Source of the DNA: an uncultured virus (IMG/VR IMGVR_UViG_3300008120_000087)
Taxonomy: Duplodnaviria; Heunggongvirae; Uroviricota; Caudoviricetes
Direction: 5' to 3' (one strand)
Virus record (IMG/VR): IMGVR_UViG_3300008120_000087
Length of the DNA stretch: 64,000 bases
Positions within the stretch are counted from its first letter, which is position 1. Every line of letters begins with the position of its first letter. The position numbers and the translations under genes were made by a program. Below the pieces are notes generated by a model. That model made no database searches, was not told the DNA's origin, and saw only the letters and a program-made list of their open reading frames with translations. Positions 1 through 10,366 of this stretch are shown here, piece after piece.

Positions 1-1782
1 AAGTTTCAAAAACATATTGACAATCTTATTTCTAAAATCCTCAATGAGGAAATCGAGAGCAAGGTTAAACAAATTACCGAAGAAAAAGGTGAATGGCAGG
101 AAATTGAAGTTGAGGAAGGACTCAAAGGAGGTCAAAAGAAATTAGATGTTGCAGAGCCAAAGGGTAAATTAGATGCTGCAGACTTCAAAAAATTAAGAAG
201 TAAAAAGAAAGAGACTAAAGAAACCGAAGAAATGGATGAATGGTTTTTTTATGATAAAGATAAATCAACACATGGTGATTACGAAGGTGATGAAGAGGCT
301 GAAGAGGATGCAGAAGAATTGTCTCAGAATGAACCAACTTACGTTGGTAAAGGATTGGAAGACAATAAAATGAAAGCTAACCTCAAAAACAAAATATTTG
401 GTTCATTTAGCGATGAACATGGTTGGTTTGATGAAAAAGATAGAGCTCATATAGGAGATTTTGATTTCGATTTTGATGAAGAAGAATACGATGAGTTCGA
501 ACCTATGTTCCAAAAATTTGGTGAAAAAACTAATTGGTTTGCACCTGGTGAAGAAGGTAAGAAATTTTTCGACATGTATAAGGACAAATATGGTCCAATG
601 AAAATTAGAATCATGAAAGGTTTAGAAGAAGAAGCTGAGACTGAAGAAGGAAATGCTTTTACAGGGGCTTTAGCGGATGCTAAAAAAGACGGAAGAGATT
701 CTTTTGAAGTAGATGGAAAAAAATATCATGTTAAAGAATCTAAAGGTAAGAAGTGTGCGAAGTGTGGTATGATGAATTGTAAATGTAATCACAAAAAAGA
801 AACTAAAGAATCTGAAAAAAAATGGATTCAAAAAACTGATATTAAAAAAGGTGCACTTCACAAGAAATTGAATGTCCCAGATGATGAGAAAATTCCTCAA
901 TCAAAATTGAAATCATTGAAAAAAGAATTAATGAAGAAAGCTGAAGGGGATAAAAAATTGTCTTCTTCGGACTTAAAAACTTTGAAACAAGTTAATTTAG
1001 TTCTGACCCTCAAAGGAATAAAGGAAAATGAAAATAAAATCGTTTTCACTGAAAATGAACTTATAGATTTGATTGAAAATATTGTCATCGAGCAAAAAGA
1101 AAAAAAGGAAAAATCAAACATCTCAAAGAAAGAACCCGAAGGTTTGAAAAAAACAATGAAAGCTCTTAACGCGTCGAAAAAAGAAAATGAAGATTATGCT
1201 AAGAGTGTTGTGAAAAAAATGAAGGATTATCTCAAATCAGGTTCGAATGGTGAATTTAGTGAAAACCCTGAGGCGTTTCCAGAGAGTAATTATGACCTTT
1301 CAGGTATGAAAGAAAAAACAAAAAAGTATCATCCGTCTGAAGCAGTCGATGAATATATTGATGCATTCGCATACCCTGGTATGACAAATCTTGTTTATGA
1401 TGAAATCAAACCTGAAGATGAAAAAATCGAAATGTATTTGAAAGGAAATTCAAAAACAGGTAATGCTGTCAAGGACAAAGATGGTAAAGCGTTAGGTAAC
1501 GTGGTCCCGAGTGAGGTAGGTGAAAAGTTCATGAAAAATTATAAGGACAACCTATACGGTGCAGAACAACAAAACGCATCTTATAAAAGACAACCTCAAC
1601 CTGTAGACGTTGCAGGTGAGACCAAGTCAACTGGAAGTCTCAAAAAAATAAAATCATCAACTGAAAAATCTGCAAAAATATTCAACCAATTAGAATCAAC
1701 TGAGGACAAGAAATCAAAAATAATTTCTGAAGAAATGGAAAAGATGAAAAATCTTATTAGTTACGACAGAAAGACTCAGTAA
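1..1782 (+). CDS. Large acidic/Lys-rich mosaic protein, 5'-partial; possible head/internal protein
   Basis: Frame is open from base 1 (KFQKHIDNLISKILNEE...), upstream of the ORF-track Met at 232; short modules are separated by Glu-rich linkers. Confidence 0.6.
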   Translation, partial: KFQKHIDNLISKILNEEIESKVKQITEEKGEWQEIEVEEGLKGGQKKLDVAEPKGKLDAADFKKLRSKKKETKETEEMDEWFFYDKDKSTHGDYEGDEEAEEDAEELSQNEPTYVGKGLEDNKMKANLKNKIFGSFSDEHGWFDEKDRAHIGDFDFDFDEEEYDEFEPMFQKFGEKTNWFAPGEEGKKFFDMYKDKYGPMKIRIMKGLEEEAETEEGNAFTGALADAKKDGRDSFEVDGKKYHVKESKGKKCAKCGMMNCKCNHKKETKESEKKWIQKTDIKKGALHKKLNVPDDEKIPQSKLKSLKKELMKKAEGDKKLSSSDLKTLKQVNLVLTLKGIKENENKIVFTENELIDLIENIVIEQKEKKEKSNISKKEPEGLKKTMKALNASKKENEDYAKSVVKKMKDYLKSGSNGEFSENPEAFPESNYDLSGMKEKTKKYHPSEAVDEYIDAFAYPGMTNLVYDEIKPEDEKIEMYLKGNSKTGNAVKDKDGKALGNVVPSEVGEKFMKNYKDNLYGAEQQNASYKRQPQPVDVAGETKSTGSLKKIKSSTEKSAKIFNQLESTEDKKSKIISEEMEKMKNLISYDRKTQ

Positions 1783-1821
1783 AAATTCACATTGAAATTT
1801 AATTTATTATATTCTCCATAG

Positions 1822-2289
1822 ATGAACTCTATGGAGAATTTTTTTAATTGGATGTCCAAGACAATACCTAAAGATGAAGTTTTGATTTGGTTCAATACTC
1901 ATAACATGAGTTATGAAAAGATTGAGCTATATGGTGACCTATTCAAAAGTTTAAACCATATTATTATCAACACTTATATGGGAGACACCGAGGGTGAAAC
2001 TAAGATTTACCTTTCGCAAGAAGATAAAGAAAAACATTTCGAGTGGTGTTGGAATAAATTATTAGAGAATTTTCTAGCGGAAAATATTAAAATAAACAGA
2101 GAAGGGGACCACAAAGAGTATTTCAAAGAATTTTTTTCAGACAGTTTTTATAATCAACAACAAGATAACGTAAAAATGTCAATACCCAAATTCCTCAATG
2201 ATGTTTTTGATGTCGAAAAAGATTTTAGTAAGTCTGACTTGGACATACTGACCGAGCTATATAAGTTAATGGAAAAAAATATGATTTGA
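1822..2289 (+). CDS. Hypothetical protein
   Basis: 155 aa ORF with typical codon usage. Confidence 0.6.
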   Translation: MNSMENFFNWMSKTIPKDEVLIWFNTHNMSYEKIELYGDLFKSLNHIIINTYMGDTEGETKIYLSQEDKEKHFEWCWNKLLENFLAENIKINREGDHKEYFKEFFSDSFYNQQQDNVKMSIPKFLNDVFDVEKDFSKSDLDILTELYKLMEKNMI

Positions 2290-2369
2290 AAAAAATCTTG
2301 ATTCTATTTACACCAGACGTAAAAAAGTTAATATTATAACTATTAATAAACAACTATAACCATAGAAAA

Positions 2370-2552
2370 ATGGAAACATTAGAAAAAATCAAAGAATTGA
2401 CCGAACTACTTTCAGTTGACACAACAAAGTTTTTCAAAGGAAATAAGAGTGCGGGAACAAGAGCAAGAAAATCTGCACAAGAATTGAAAGCTCTTTTACA
2501 GAAACTCAGAGGTGAAATTCTTGAACACAAAAAGACAGAGGATAATGCATAA
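2370..2552 (+). CDS. Histone H1-like (Hc1-type) nucleoid protein
   Basis: KGNKSAGTRARK motif typical of the Bacteroidota/Chlamydia Hc1 family. Confidence 0.8.
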   Translation: METLEKIKELTELLSVDTTKFFKGNKSAGTRARKSAQELKALLQKLRGEILEHKKTEDNA

Positions 2553-2733
2553 TATTGAAACGATATATATTTTTATATTTGTTTTCACAATATTAGTAAC
2601 ATTAAAAAATGTCACAAAATTTTTAAGCGCCCTGTTACAAAAAGAACCAAAACCAATGGTTTATAGTAACAGGGAACTTATCTTCTTAGGTTTATCGTTG
2701 AGTTACATAATAACATATCTTATTACGAAATGA
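2545..2733 (+). CDS. Small membrane protein (2 TM)
   Basis: Two hydrophobic segments; overlaps neighbours as in an operon. Confidence 0.6.
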   Translation: MHNIETIYIFIFVFTILVTLKNVTKFLSALLQKEPKPMVYSNRELIFLGLSLSYIITYLITK

Positions 2734-3179
2734 GTTTTTACAAAGAAATAGCCCCGTTCATTGAATACATACGTTCAATCAGGAAGCTCAAAACCTATTT
2801 GAGTTTCGACATAGAGTTTCCTTCTAAATGGGTAATTCCAAAGAGTATGGTTGAGGAAGGACAAGTAGTTTCTTTCGAAACAGAGGATTCCAATAAAAAA
2901 GGGATTTCGTTCGTTACACCCTTGGATGAGGCCAACACCTCTTCTACCTTGTCTAAGATTTCAAAAATAATTAAATTGAATAAAGAAAAAGAAATCAAAG
3001 AAAAACTTTTCAAACATACAATAGAACAGTTGAAAGAAACTTTCGAAAAGACTGATTTAGATAAACTTAAAACATTATATTTCGATTTCGAATTAGAACA
3101 AACTGAATTAGAAATTAACGATGAGTCAGAGACAGGAGAAGATATTACAATGGCTGAACAGCGAGAAAGCGAAGGATAA
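2730..3179 (+). CDS. Hypothetical protein
   Basis: 149 aa ORF, ATGA overlap with upstream gene. Confidence 0.6.
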   Translation: MSFYKEIAPFIEYIRSIRKLKTYLSFDIEFPSKWVIPKSMVEEGQVVSFETEDSNKKGISFVTPLDEANTSSTLSKISKIIKLNKEKEIKEKLFKHTIEQLKETFEKTDLDKLKTLYFDFELEQTELEINDESETGEDITMAEQRESEG

Positions 3180-3309
3180 AAAAGAATTGGAAAGGGAAAA
3201 AGAAAGCTTCATACGTCAAATAAAAAAGTTGAATAAAGAAGACATATTTCCCAAACCAAAAAAACTAACCTTATGGCAGAAAATAAAAATACTGATTTTG
3301 GGGAATTAG
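3121..3309 (+). CDS. Hypothetical protein
   Basis: 62 aa ORF in operon. Confidence 0.5.
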   Translation: MSQRQEKILQWLNSEKAKDKKELEREKESFIRQIKKLNKEDIFPKPKKLTLWQKIKILILGN

Positions 3310-3503
3310 AAAAGTTAGCTTTGATTGCCGACGCTTGTCAAAACGTTTTTGTCGGAAAAGCAACAATGATATTCGAGCTGAAAAAGGAAGAATATACCAA
3401 AGTCATTAATCATTTCAGAGAGATTGAAAGACATCACAAACAATTTTCAATAGACATCTCAGGAACTGAATTTCACTTTATTCTTGATGAGGAAGAGAAG
3501 TAA
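3273..3503 (+). CDS. Hypothetical protein
   Basis: 76 aa ORF in operon. Confidence 0.55.
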   Translation: MAENKNTDFGELEKLALIADACQNVFVGKATMIFELKKEEYTKVINHFREIERHHKQFSIDISGTEFHFILDEEEK

Positions 3504-4122
3504 ATCTTCTGTATAAGATGGACTTATCAAATCCTTTATTTTCCAACAATTGATATAAGTATTTTTTCTGTGGTTTAGAAAAGTCCTTAACAAACAGACA
3601 ATCACCCCTTTTGATTTTCCAAAAGTAATTTGATAGACAATCAATAAAACGTGATGCTTCTGATTCATTTTTCAAAGTGAACAAAAAGACTTTTTCCTCA
3701 TCTTGAATGATAACCTTATTATTCAACATTGATATCATTTTTACACCTTCGCCCTTCAAATAAGTTTTTATCAACCTTTGGACTTCTATCTTCTTTTTCG
3801 TTTGAATGTCGAAAACCTTTTCCTCCTTTTTGTATGGAGATATTAAAATCAATGTCATACCAGGTTCATCAAGTTTTACTCTCAAATTTCTACCCAAATC
3901 GTCGGTTAGATAGATTGGCACTTCTTGTTTTGAACTCATATGTATTATACCCATTTCATAGTCGACTTCCTTTCCTGATTCATATTTTACATCAAAAATT
4001 ACGTCACTGGATTCTTTCATTTTTTTGTTGAAAAAATCCTTAGCCTTGGAAGGGGTGATAAACTTATTTATTATTCTTTTCTTTTTTTTATCCTTGAATA
4101 ATACCACGAGGTAATTAGCCAT
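3478..4122 (-). CDS. Hypothetical protein
   Basis: 214 aa ORF, divergent from dnaJ. Confidence 0.65.
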   Translation of the reverse strand: MANYLVVLFKDKKKKRIINKFITPSKAKDFFNKKMKESSDVIFDVKYESGKEVDYEMGIIHMSSKQEVPIYLTDDLGRNLRVKLDEPGMTLILISPYKKEEKVFDIQTKKKIEVQRLIKTYLKGEGVKMISMLNNKVIIQDEEKVFLFTLKNESEASRFIDCLSNYFWKIKRGDCLFVKDFSKPQKKYLYQLLENKGFDKSILYRRFTSLPHQE

Positions 4123-4124
4123 AT

Positions 4125-5045
4125 ATGAAAAATTACTACAAAATTCTAGAAGTTGAAGAGAATGCCTCAGAAGATGAAATCAAAAAGAGTTACAGAAACC
4201 TCTCAAAAAGATTTCATCCTGACATCAATCCCGATGGTGCTGAAAAATTTAAAGAGATAAACGAAGCTTACGAAGTTTTGGGAGACAGAGAAAAAAGAGC
4301 TCAGTATAATAATCAAAAGTCCAACCCATATCAAGGAACCAATTTTGAGAGTTTCTTTGATAACATGTTTGGTCGCAATCCTCATTTCCAAGGACAAAGA
4401 CCGAGGCATGCACCAGACAAAGTTGTGAGACTTCAAGTTTCACCAATTGAATCCTATTTGGGTGGGGAAAAGGAAATTCAATATAGTAGAGATATTCCGT
4501 GTAATTCTTGTCAAGGTAACGGGGGCCAGCATCAAACCTGTGGGTCTTGCGGTGGTCAAGGTTTCTTTATCAAAACATTTGGGACAGGATTCATGGTTCA
4601 ACAAATAAGGACAATTTGCGGGAACTGCAATGGTCAAGGAACCATTTTAGTTGAAAGGTGTTATTTGTGTGGTGGAAAAGGAACAAGTCAGACCATTCAT
4701 AGCATTAGGGTCAAAGTCCCACAAGGTATTGATAGTGGACAGTTTCTCAAACTACCAAACTTGGGTGATTTCAAAAACGGAGGTATGGGGGATTTGGTAA
4801 TTCAAGTGGAAATGGTCCCGAAAGATGGGTTTGAAAAGATTAATTCAGATTTGGTTTATAATTTGACACTGAATTTGGAACAAATACAAAATGATAAATT
4901 TTTAATTCCACATCCAGATGGTGATTTAAATTTACAAGCACCAAAAATAATAGACACATCTAAACCTTTAAGATTAAGAGGAAAAGGATATAAAGGTGGT
5001 GATTTTTATGTTAAACTCAATTTGAAATTCGAGAGACCTATTTAA
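4125..5045 (+). CDS. dnaJ: DnaJ chaperone
   Basis: J-domain with HPD, four CxxCxGxG motifs, C-terminal GDLVI domain. Confidence 0.92.
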   Translation: MKNYYKILEVEENASEDEIKKSYRNLSKRFHPDINPDGAEKFKEINEAYEVLGDREKRAQYNNQKSNPYQGTNFESFFDNMFGRNPHFQGQRPRHAPDKVVRLQVSPIESYLGGEKEIQYSRDIPCNSCQGNGGQHQTCGSCGGQGFFIKTFGTGFMVQQIRTICGNCNGQGTILVERCYLCGGKGTSQTIHSIRVKVPQGIDSGQFLKLPNLGDFKNGGMGDLVIQVEMVPKDGFEKINSDLVYNLTLNLEQIQNDKFLIPHPDGDLNLQAPKIIDTSKPLRLRGKGYKGGDFYVKLNLKFERPI

Positions 5046-5178
5046 AAAATTCTATTATAATTTTGAATATTTCGATTGTTCCGTAAACAGATGAGAAAAC
5101 AATATAACTTCCTAAAATTAACACGCCCCATTTAACTCTATTTATTGGACGATTTGATTTACAACTACTACATGCCAT
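5038..5178 (-). CDS. Small CxxC membrane peptide (46 aa, not in ORF track)
   Basis: Manual translation MACSSCKSNRPINRVKWGVLILGSYIVFSSVYGTIEIFKIIIEFFK*. Confidence 0.55.
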   Translation of the reverse strand: MACSSCKSNRPINRVKWGVLILGSYIVFSSVYGTIEIFKIIIEFFK

Positions 5179-5188
5179 ATTTATAATT

Positions 5189-5365
5189 ATGATTTTGGAA
5201 CAAATTATTAAAAGAGTTCTTTACCAATATTTGGACGAGAAAGAACAAAAGAAATTTAAGAAACCAAGGAAATATAGTAAATCATATTGTAAATCTACAT
5301 CATGCTCAGATATGGGATTTACTCAGAAAGCTTCATGTAGACCTTACAAAAATTGTTATAACTAA
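5189..5365 (+). CDS. Small Cys-rich basic protein (58 aa, not in ORF track)
   Basis: MILEQIIKRVLYQYLDE...YCKSTSCSDMGFTQKASCRPYKNCYN*; preceded by TATTTAT. Confidence 0.6.
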   Translation: MILEQIIKRVLYQYLDEKEQKKFKKPRKYSKSYCKSTSCSDMGFTQKASCRPYKNCYN

Positions 5366-5401
5366 ATTTGCTTTTTTGATTTTTTTTATTATATTTCTTA
5401 T

Positions 5402-6241
5402 ATGTTAAGTTATATCGGAGGAAAATCAAAAATTGGAAAATGGATAGTCGAATACTATCCTGAGGATATGGAAACATATGTCGAAACATTCGGGGGAATG
5501 TTTTGGTGTTATTTCAACATGAATTTAGAAAAATTCACAAACCTCAAACGAGTGGTCTACAATGACTTCAACCCACTAAACTACAATCTATTTCAATGTG
5601 TTCAGAATCCTGCTGAACTCCAAAGAGTTTTGGACACCATACCGGTTCAAGAGTTTGGTAAATTAGTTACAGACATAAGTTACAAGGATAGATTCAGAGA
5701 GTATCAAACTGAATTATTTTCATCGGGATTTACTATAAATTACCCTGACTACGAAGTTGCTGCAAAATACGTTTACATTGTCACTCAAGTGTTCAGTGGA
5801 AGTAAACCTGAAACTTCTAACTTTATAGATTTGAAGGGAAAGTATCGTTCAAAATATTTGTCTTTCAGAGACAAACTATCTAATCCAAAATGGGTCGAAC
5901 ACTTTAATAAGATTACTCATGTTGAAAATATGGATTTCCAAAAGGTTATAGAGAAATACGACTCCCCGTCAACTTATATTTACTTGGACCCACCATATTG
6001 GAAAACTGAAAATTACTATTCCAACCATGATTTCGACAGAGCAGACCACGAAAGATTGGCAAATGTGTTGAATTCAGTCCAAAGTAAGTTTAGTTTATCT
6101 TACTACGATTTTGACCTTTTAAGTCAATGGTATTCAACAGATAGATTCAGATGGGAAAAGAAGAAGTTTGCTAAAGCAGCTGCTGCGAAAAAAGGGACGA
6201 AACAAAATATGGGTGAAGAGCTCTTGATATTGAATTATTAG
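5402..6241 (+). CDS. DNA N6-adenine methyltransferase, D12/Dam-like class
   Basis: YIGGKS N-terminus, YVETFGG motif I, VYNDFN, DPPY motif IV. Confidence 0.9.
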   Translation: MLSYIGGKSKIGKWIVEYYPEDMETYVETFGGMFWCYFNMNLEKFTNLKRVVYNDFNPLNYNLFQCVQNPAELQRVLDTIPVQEFGKLVTDISYKDRFREYQTELFSSGFTINYPDYEVAAKYVYIVTQVFSGSKPETSNFIDLKGKYRSKYLSFRDKLSNPKWVEHFNKITHVENMDFQKVIEKYDSPSTYIYLDPPYWKTENYYSNHDFDRADHERLANVLNSVQSKFSLSYYDFDLLSQWYSTDRFRWEKKKFAKAAAAKKGTKQNMGEELLILNY

Positions 6242-6285
6242 TTATTTTTGTGTAATCAATATATTTATTAATAAATTCGTGGTAG

Positions 6286-7608
6286 ATGAAATTTACATCA
6301 TTACTTAAAGATATTTTGTTGGAGCAATCAAGATTTGAGATTTTGAGAAATGCTTTAACAAAACCTACTGAAGACAAGAAGGGAAAAAAACAAAAGCCCA
6401 AGATGACCGTGGCTGAATTTTTAAAATTGGTGCAGGCAGACCCTACCACTAAATTAAATAACGTTGACCCTGAGAGTGCAGACTCCAAAGAACTTGAAAA
6501 AATAAAGGCAGGTAAGTATGTTAACTGGCTCATCAAAAGTTTCTTGAACGTTAAGACTGAAAGACAACCTGGTGATACGGGTTATGAAAGAGAACTTGCT
6601 CAAGTAAAGGAAACATTCTTGGAAGACCTGTATAAGGTTACAGATGATTTGAAGAAATTCGGAAGATTTTACAAACGTATTCCTTTGGAAAAAAGGGATA
6701 TAATGAAGTTGACTCCTGACCAATTGTATGACGAAGTTAAAGACTTCGACCTTACGATGGCAACAACAACTAAAGCAGAAAGAAAAACTGCCGAAGTTCA
6801 CCCTGGTGCTGAACTCATGTATGACGGTGAAGATTGGAGAGTGATTAAGATTGAAGACAAGGGTTTATCAGGAAAAGAAGCCGCATGTTTTTACGGTGGA
6901 AATAATAGAGAGACTAGATGGTGCACTTCTGCACCTGGATTGTCTTGGTTTGATAGATATATTAAGGACGGTCCATTATATGTTGTGTTCAATCCAAATG
7001 ACCCTAACAAAGCCTCTGAAACAGGTTTACCTGTTGAAAGATTTCAATTCCATTTCCCATCCAATCAATTTATGGACAAGGATGACCGTCAACAAGATTT
7101 AGTTGGGCTACTCAATGGAAGAATGTCTGAATTGAAACCGTTATTCAAACCAGAATTTGCAAAAGGTTTGACTGTTGGAGGTGAAAAACTTGTTATTGAT
7201 AGTTTTTCTCATGGTGCAATTGGAAAATTCATTGCCCTTTATGGTTTAGACGATTTGATAGATAACTTACCATCTACCTTGACTGAATTTCAAATCCAAA
7301 ATAGAGACAAAAATAATATTATTATTAACATTCCTGAATCGATTTCTAGATTCAAAGACTTGAGAATGATATTACTTGATAATTGTGTTGAAACTGTGCC
7401 CGATTCAATTTGTGAATTACCAAAGTTGAAGTTCTTAGCACTTATTAATAACAAACAACTTACTTCTATCCCTGAATGTGTGTGTAACATGCCGAGTCTT
7501 TTCTTTATTAATCTGAAAGGAAGTGACAATTGTCAAGTTCCTGAATGTATCAAAAGAAAAGGTAGTGACATGGGTAACAATATGTGGGATTTGGAAGGTG
7601 AGGAATAA
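6286..7608 (+). CDS. WCT-motif domain protein with C-terminal leucine-rich repeats
   Basis: ACFYG...TRWCTS, FQFHF..QFMD; C-terminal IPESISRF/VPDSICEL/IPECVCNM LRRs. Confidence 0.7.
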   Translation: MKFTSLLKDILLEQSRFEILRNALTKPTEDKKGKKQKPKMTVAEFLKLVQADPTTKLNNVDPESADSKELEKIKAGKYVNWLIKSFLNVKTERQPGDTGYERELAQVKETFLEDLYKVTDDLKKFGRFYKRIPLEKRDIMKLTPDQLYDEVKDFDLTMATTTKAERKTAEVHPGAELMYDGEDWRVIKIEDKGLSGKEAACFYGGNNRETRWCTSAPGLSWFDRYIKDGPLYVVFNPNDPNKASETGLPVERFQFHFPSNQFMDKDDRQQDLVGLLNGRMSELKPLFKPEFAKGLTVGGEKLVIDSFSHGAIGKFIALYGLDDLIDNLPSTLTEFQIQNRDKNNIIINIPESISRFKDLRMILLDNCVETVPDSICELPKLKFLALINNKQLTSIPECVCNMPSLFFINLKGSDNCQVPECIKRKGSDMGNNMWDLEGEE

Positions 7609-7618
7609 TCATTTCACT

Positions 7619-7897
7619 ATGAGCGTAGATGTTGACATATATATGAATAACATCGTCAAGTTTTTCAAGGAAAATCCAAAAGACTTATTTAATCTTATTC
7701 CAAAAGACAAGGAAGAAGAATTTTATGTAAAGATTCGTGAGGTAGCCTTTGATAATATCGAAAATGGTAAAGAGGTTAGTTTAACTCAGAAACAACTCAT
7801 TGACGTGTGTAGAGAGCTTAATCAGAAACCAATCGAAACTAAAGAATTATTTGCACCTTTCTTCAAGACTAAATTTGGTCTAGTTTGTTTAAATTAA
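7619..7897 (+). CDS. Hypothetical protein
   Basis: Start reassigned to MSVDVDIY. Confidence 0.55.
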   Translation: MSVDVDIYMNNIVKFFKENPKDLFNLIPKDKEEEFYVKIREVAFDNIENGKEVSLTQKQLIDVCRELNQKPIETKELFAPFFKTKFGLVCLN

Positions 7898-7899
7898 TT

Positions 7900-7929
7900 T
7901 TTGTAATTCAAATTAATACTGTATCTTTG
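7900..7929 (+). promoter_or_regulatory. Bacteroidota sigmaA-type promoter
   Basis: TTTG-N18-TATCTTTG upstream of 7948. Confidence 0.6.
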
Positions 7930-7947
7930 TAATCTAAATTAATAAAC

Positions 7948-8703
7948 ATGATTACACTCGATTCTATTCGTAACACAGTTCCCGCCGTTTTCTCTACAAG
8001 TGCAGACCCTAAAATGTCTGAGAAGTATACCTTCGTTCCAACCATGGAAATTTTGGAAAATTTTGACCGTGAAGGTTGGAGACTCTATTCCGCAAAACAA
8101 ATAGGTCAAGGTCGTTTTTCGAGTCACGAACTACGTTTAAGAAATGGAGAATTACCTCAAGTCGGAGATTCATTGGTTGAGGCAGTGATTCGAAATTCAC
8201 ACAATGGCATGAGCACCTTTTCAGTGAGCGCCGGTCTTTTCCGTTTGGTTTGCTCAAATGGTCTTACTGTTCCAACATCAGTTGCTGACAGTATTTCTGT
8301 TAAACATATGCGTGTTGACATGGGGGTTGTTCGTCAAATCACTGATGAGTTCGCTGACCGTCTCCCACTTATCCAAAGAGCTGTAGGTCGTATGGAAACG
8401 ACAGAACTCAACGAAGAAAGAACAATTGATATGATGAATAAGGCATCCCTCCTTCGTTGGGAAAAAGGTTCAGTTCCTACCTCAATAAACGTTGAAGAAT
8501 TACTTCGTCCCGAGAGAGATGCTGATAGCGGTAATTCTGTTTGGAAAGTCTTTAATGTGATTCAAGAAAAATTTGTCCGTGGTGGAACTAAATATCAATC
8601 CAAGAGAGGTCGTTTGGTTACAATGAAGGAATTGAAAAACTTCCAAACCATTAATAAAATCAACACCGGTCTTTGGGAATTGGCTGAATCATATTGTGGT
8701 TAA
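7948..8703 (+). CDS. DUF932/DUF945-family protein
   Basis: NSHNG..SAGLFRLVCSNG..KH and WKVFNVIQE motifs. Confidence 0.8.
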   Translation: MITLDSIRNTVPAVFSTSADPKMSEKYTFVPTMEILENFDREGWRLYSAKQIGQGRFSSHELRLRNGELPQVGDSLVEAVIRNSHNGMSTFSVSAGLFRLVCSNGLTVPTSVADSISVKHMRVDMGVVRQITDEFADRLPLIQRAVGRMETTELNEERTIDMMNKASLLRWEKGSVPTSINVEELLRPERDADSGNSVWKVFNVIQEKFVRGGTKYQSKRGRLVTMKELKNFQTINKINTGLWELAESYCG

Positions 8704-8708
8704 TTTTT

Positions 8709-8735
8709 GAAGGGAGTTTTCTCCCTTCTTTTTTT
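8709..8735 (+). terminator. Intrinsic terminator
   Basis: GAAGGGAG-tttt-CTCCCTTC followed by T7. Confidence 0.8.
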
Positions 8736-8752
8736 ATTATATTTGTATACTA

Positions 8753-10366
8753 ATGACTGAAATCTATAAAGTAAATTTTACAAAATTCATTTCTGAAAAA
8801 TATAGAGACCACTCATCTTTGAATGAGAGGAATATAGTTTTTGGAGAAACAGAGGACTTGAGACATCCTTTATTCGTAATTGAAAACAAATTTCACGATG
8901 AGGAAACATTCGTAAAGAATTTTGCCAACCCCATCTATGCTGTAAACAGGTATTACAGTATGATTGTAATTGAAGAAAAAGATGATAAATTATCCTTGAA
9001 ATTTTTCTATGGTGGAAAGGCCAGAGGGGTTGGGAAGCCATGGTTCAAAGTCTCTAAAAATGTTGAATTTCTAACCGTAAACAAAAAGACGGGCGATTTT
9101 TATAGAGGATATTTGCACAATTACCAAAAGAAAAAAAAATTCACTAAATCCATACGAAGAAATTATTTTCCTAATAACCCTTTTTCCTCTATACTGTCAA
9201 GTATCAAAAATCATCTCTCCAATTTTTGTGACAACTCATCTGAGGTTATTTTCGAAGTTGCTAATAAATTCTTCGAAAGAATAGATTTAAATTTGGATAA
9301 ATTGGATAATGATGAAAAATTAATGAAATTCTATTTGGACAAAAAGGGTTTCAAGTATCCAAATAATTTTTGGATTTATGTGAATTTCATGTGGGGTAAG
9401 GATTACAGAAAAATCTTGAAAAAAAATGACAAGAAAATTGTTGATACATTTATGCAAGTTTGGAGTTTTAAAGGAAAAAAACTTAAAAAATATCTACATG
9501 AAGTAAATTTTCTCAATGTTGAACTTTATACTTGTGCTAAGAAATTATTCGGAGAGGATTGGTTAAATCAAGATGGTGATATCATCAAAGAAATTCTAAG
9601 TTCTCAAGGGAAATCCATATCAATACCTGATAATTTCAAAAATTATCTTTCCAACGAAGAATTGAAAAAAGTTTATTCTGTTTTTAAAGGAATGATTCTC
9701 AATGACACAATGAACAATTGGACATTTAATGACCATGTAAGAACCTACACTTCCTTAAAAGAATTCGGTGAGACTGAAACAAGGTGGACGACTGATGGTA
9801 ATGATTACAATAAATTCCAAGCAGAACACTTGGATTGGACTGATAAATTGGACCATTATCGTAAAGGGTCTTACATAAGACTTTATCCTGAGTATTTTTA
9901 TGACAGAATCGAAAAACCTTTAGATGATTTTTTTCCTGTCTTATTGAAAACTAGTGAAGAATATAATCATGAAAGTTTTAATCAATCCAACTGTGTAAAA
10001 GGATATATTGGTAAAGCGGGTTCCATGATAATTTCACTTAGAAAAAATTCAATTGATTCCACAGAAAGAGCAACGATTGAATATAGAATTGTTTTTCTGA
10101 AAAATATAGACAAAATACATGTGGATAGAGTTCAAACTTTAGGAAAATTCAATCAAAAACTTGATTCATCTTGGAGTAAGGTTCTATTGAAATTAGATGA
10201 AGTTGTCTTATCTTGCTTTGAGGATAAAAAATTCGAAACAGTCTCGATAGAAAAAGTTTGTAACAACGGAATCAAACTTTCCTCAGGTTCTCATTTTGAT
10301 GATGATGGAAACTTGATTTGGACTGAGAGAAAAACAACAAACAATTATTACACATGGGATTTTTAG
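8753..10366 (+). CDS. PcfJ-like domain protein
   Basis: C-terminal ES..QSNCVKGY...ATIEY...QTLGKFN pattern. Confidence 0.65.
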   Translation: MTEIYKVNFTKFISEKYRDHSSLNERNIVFGETEDLRHPLFVIENKFHDEETFVKNFANPIYAVNRYYSMIVIEEKDDKLSLKFFYGGKARGVGKPWFKVSKNVEFLTVNKKTGDFYRGYLHNYQKKKKFTKSIRRNYFPNNPFSSILSSIKNHLSNFCDNSSEVIFEVANKFFERIDLNLDKLDNDEKLMKFYLDKKGFKYPNNFWIYVNFMWGKDYRKILKKNDKKIVDTFMQVWSFKGKKLKKYLHEVNFLNVELYTCAKKLFGEDWLNQDGDIIKEILSSQGKSISIPDNFKNYLSNEELKKVYSVFKGMILNDTMNNWTFNDHVRTYTSLKEFGETETRWTTDGNDYNKFQAEHLDWTDKLDHYRKGSYIRLYPEYFYDRIEKPLDDFFPVLLKTSEEYNHESFNQSNCVKGYIGKAGSMIISLRKNSIDSTERATIEYRIVFLKNIDKIHVDRVQTLGKFNQKLDSSWSKVLLKLDEVVLSCFEDKKFETVSIEKVCNNGIKLSSGSHFDDDGNLIWTERKTTNNYYTWDF

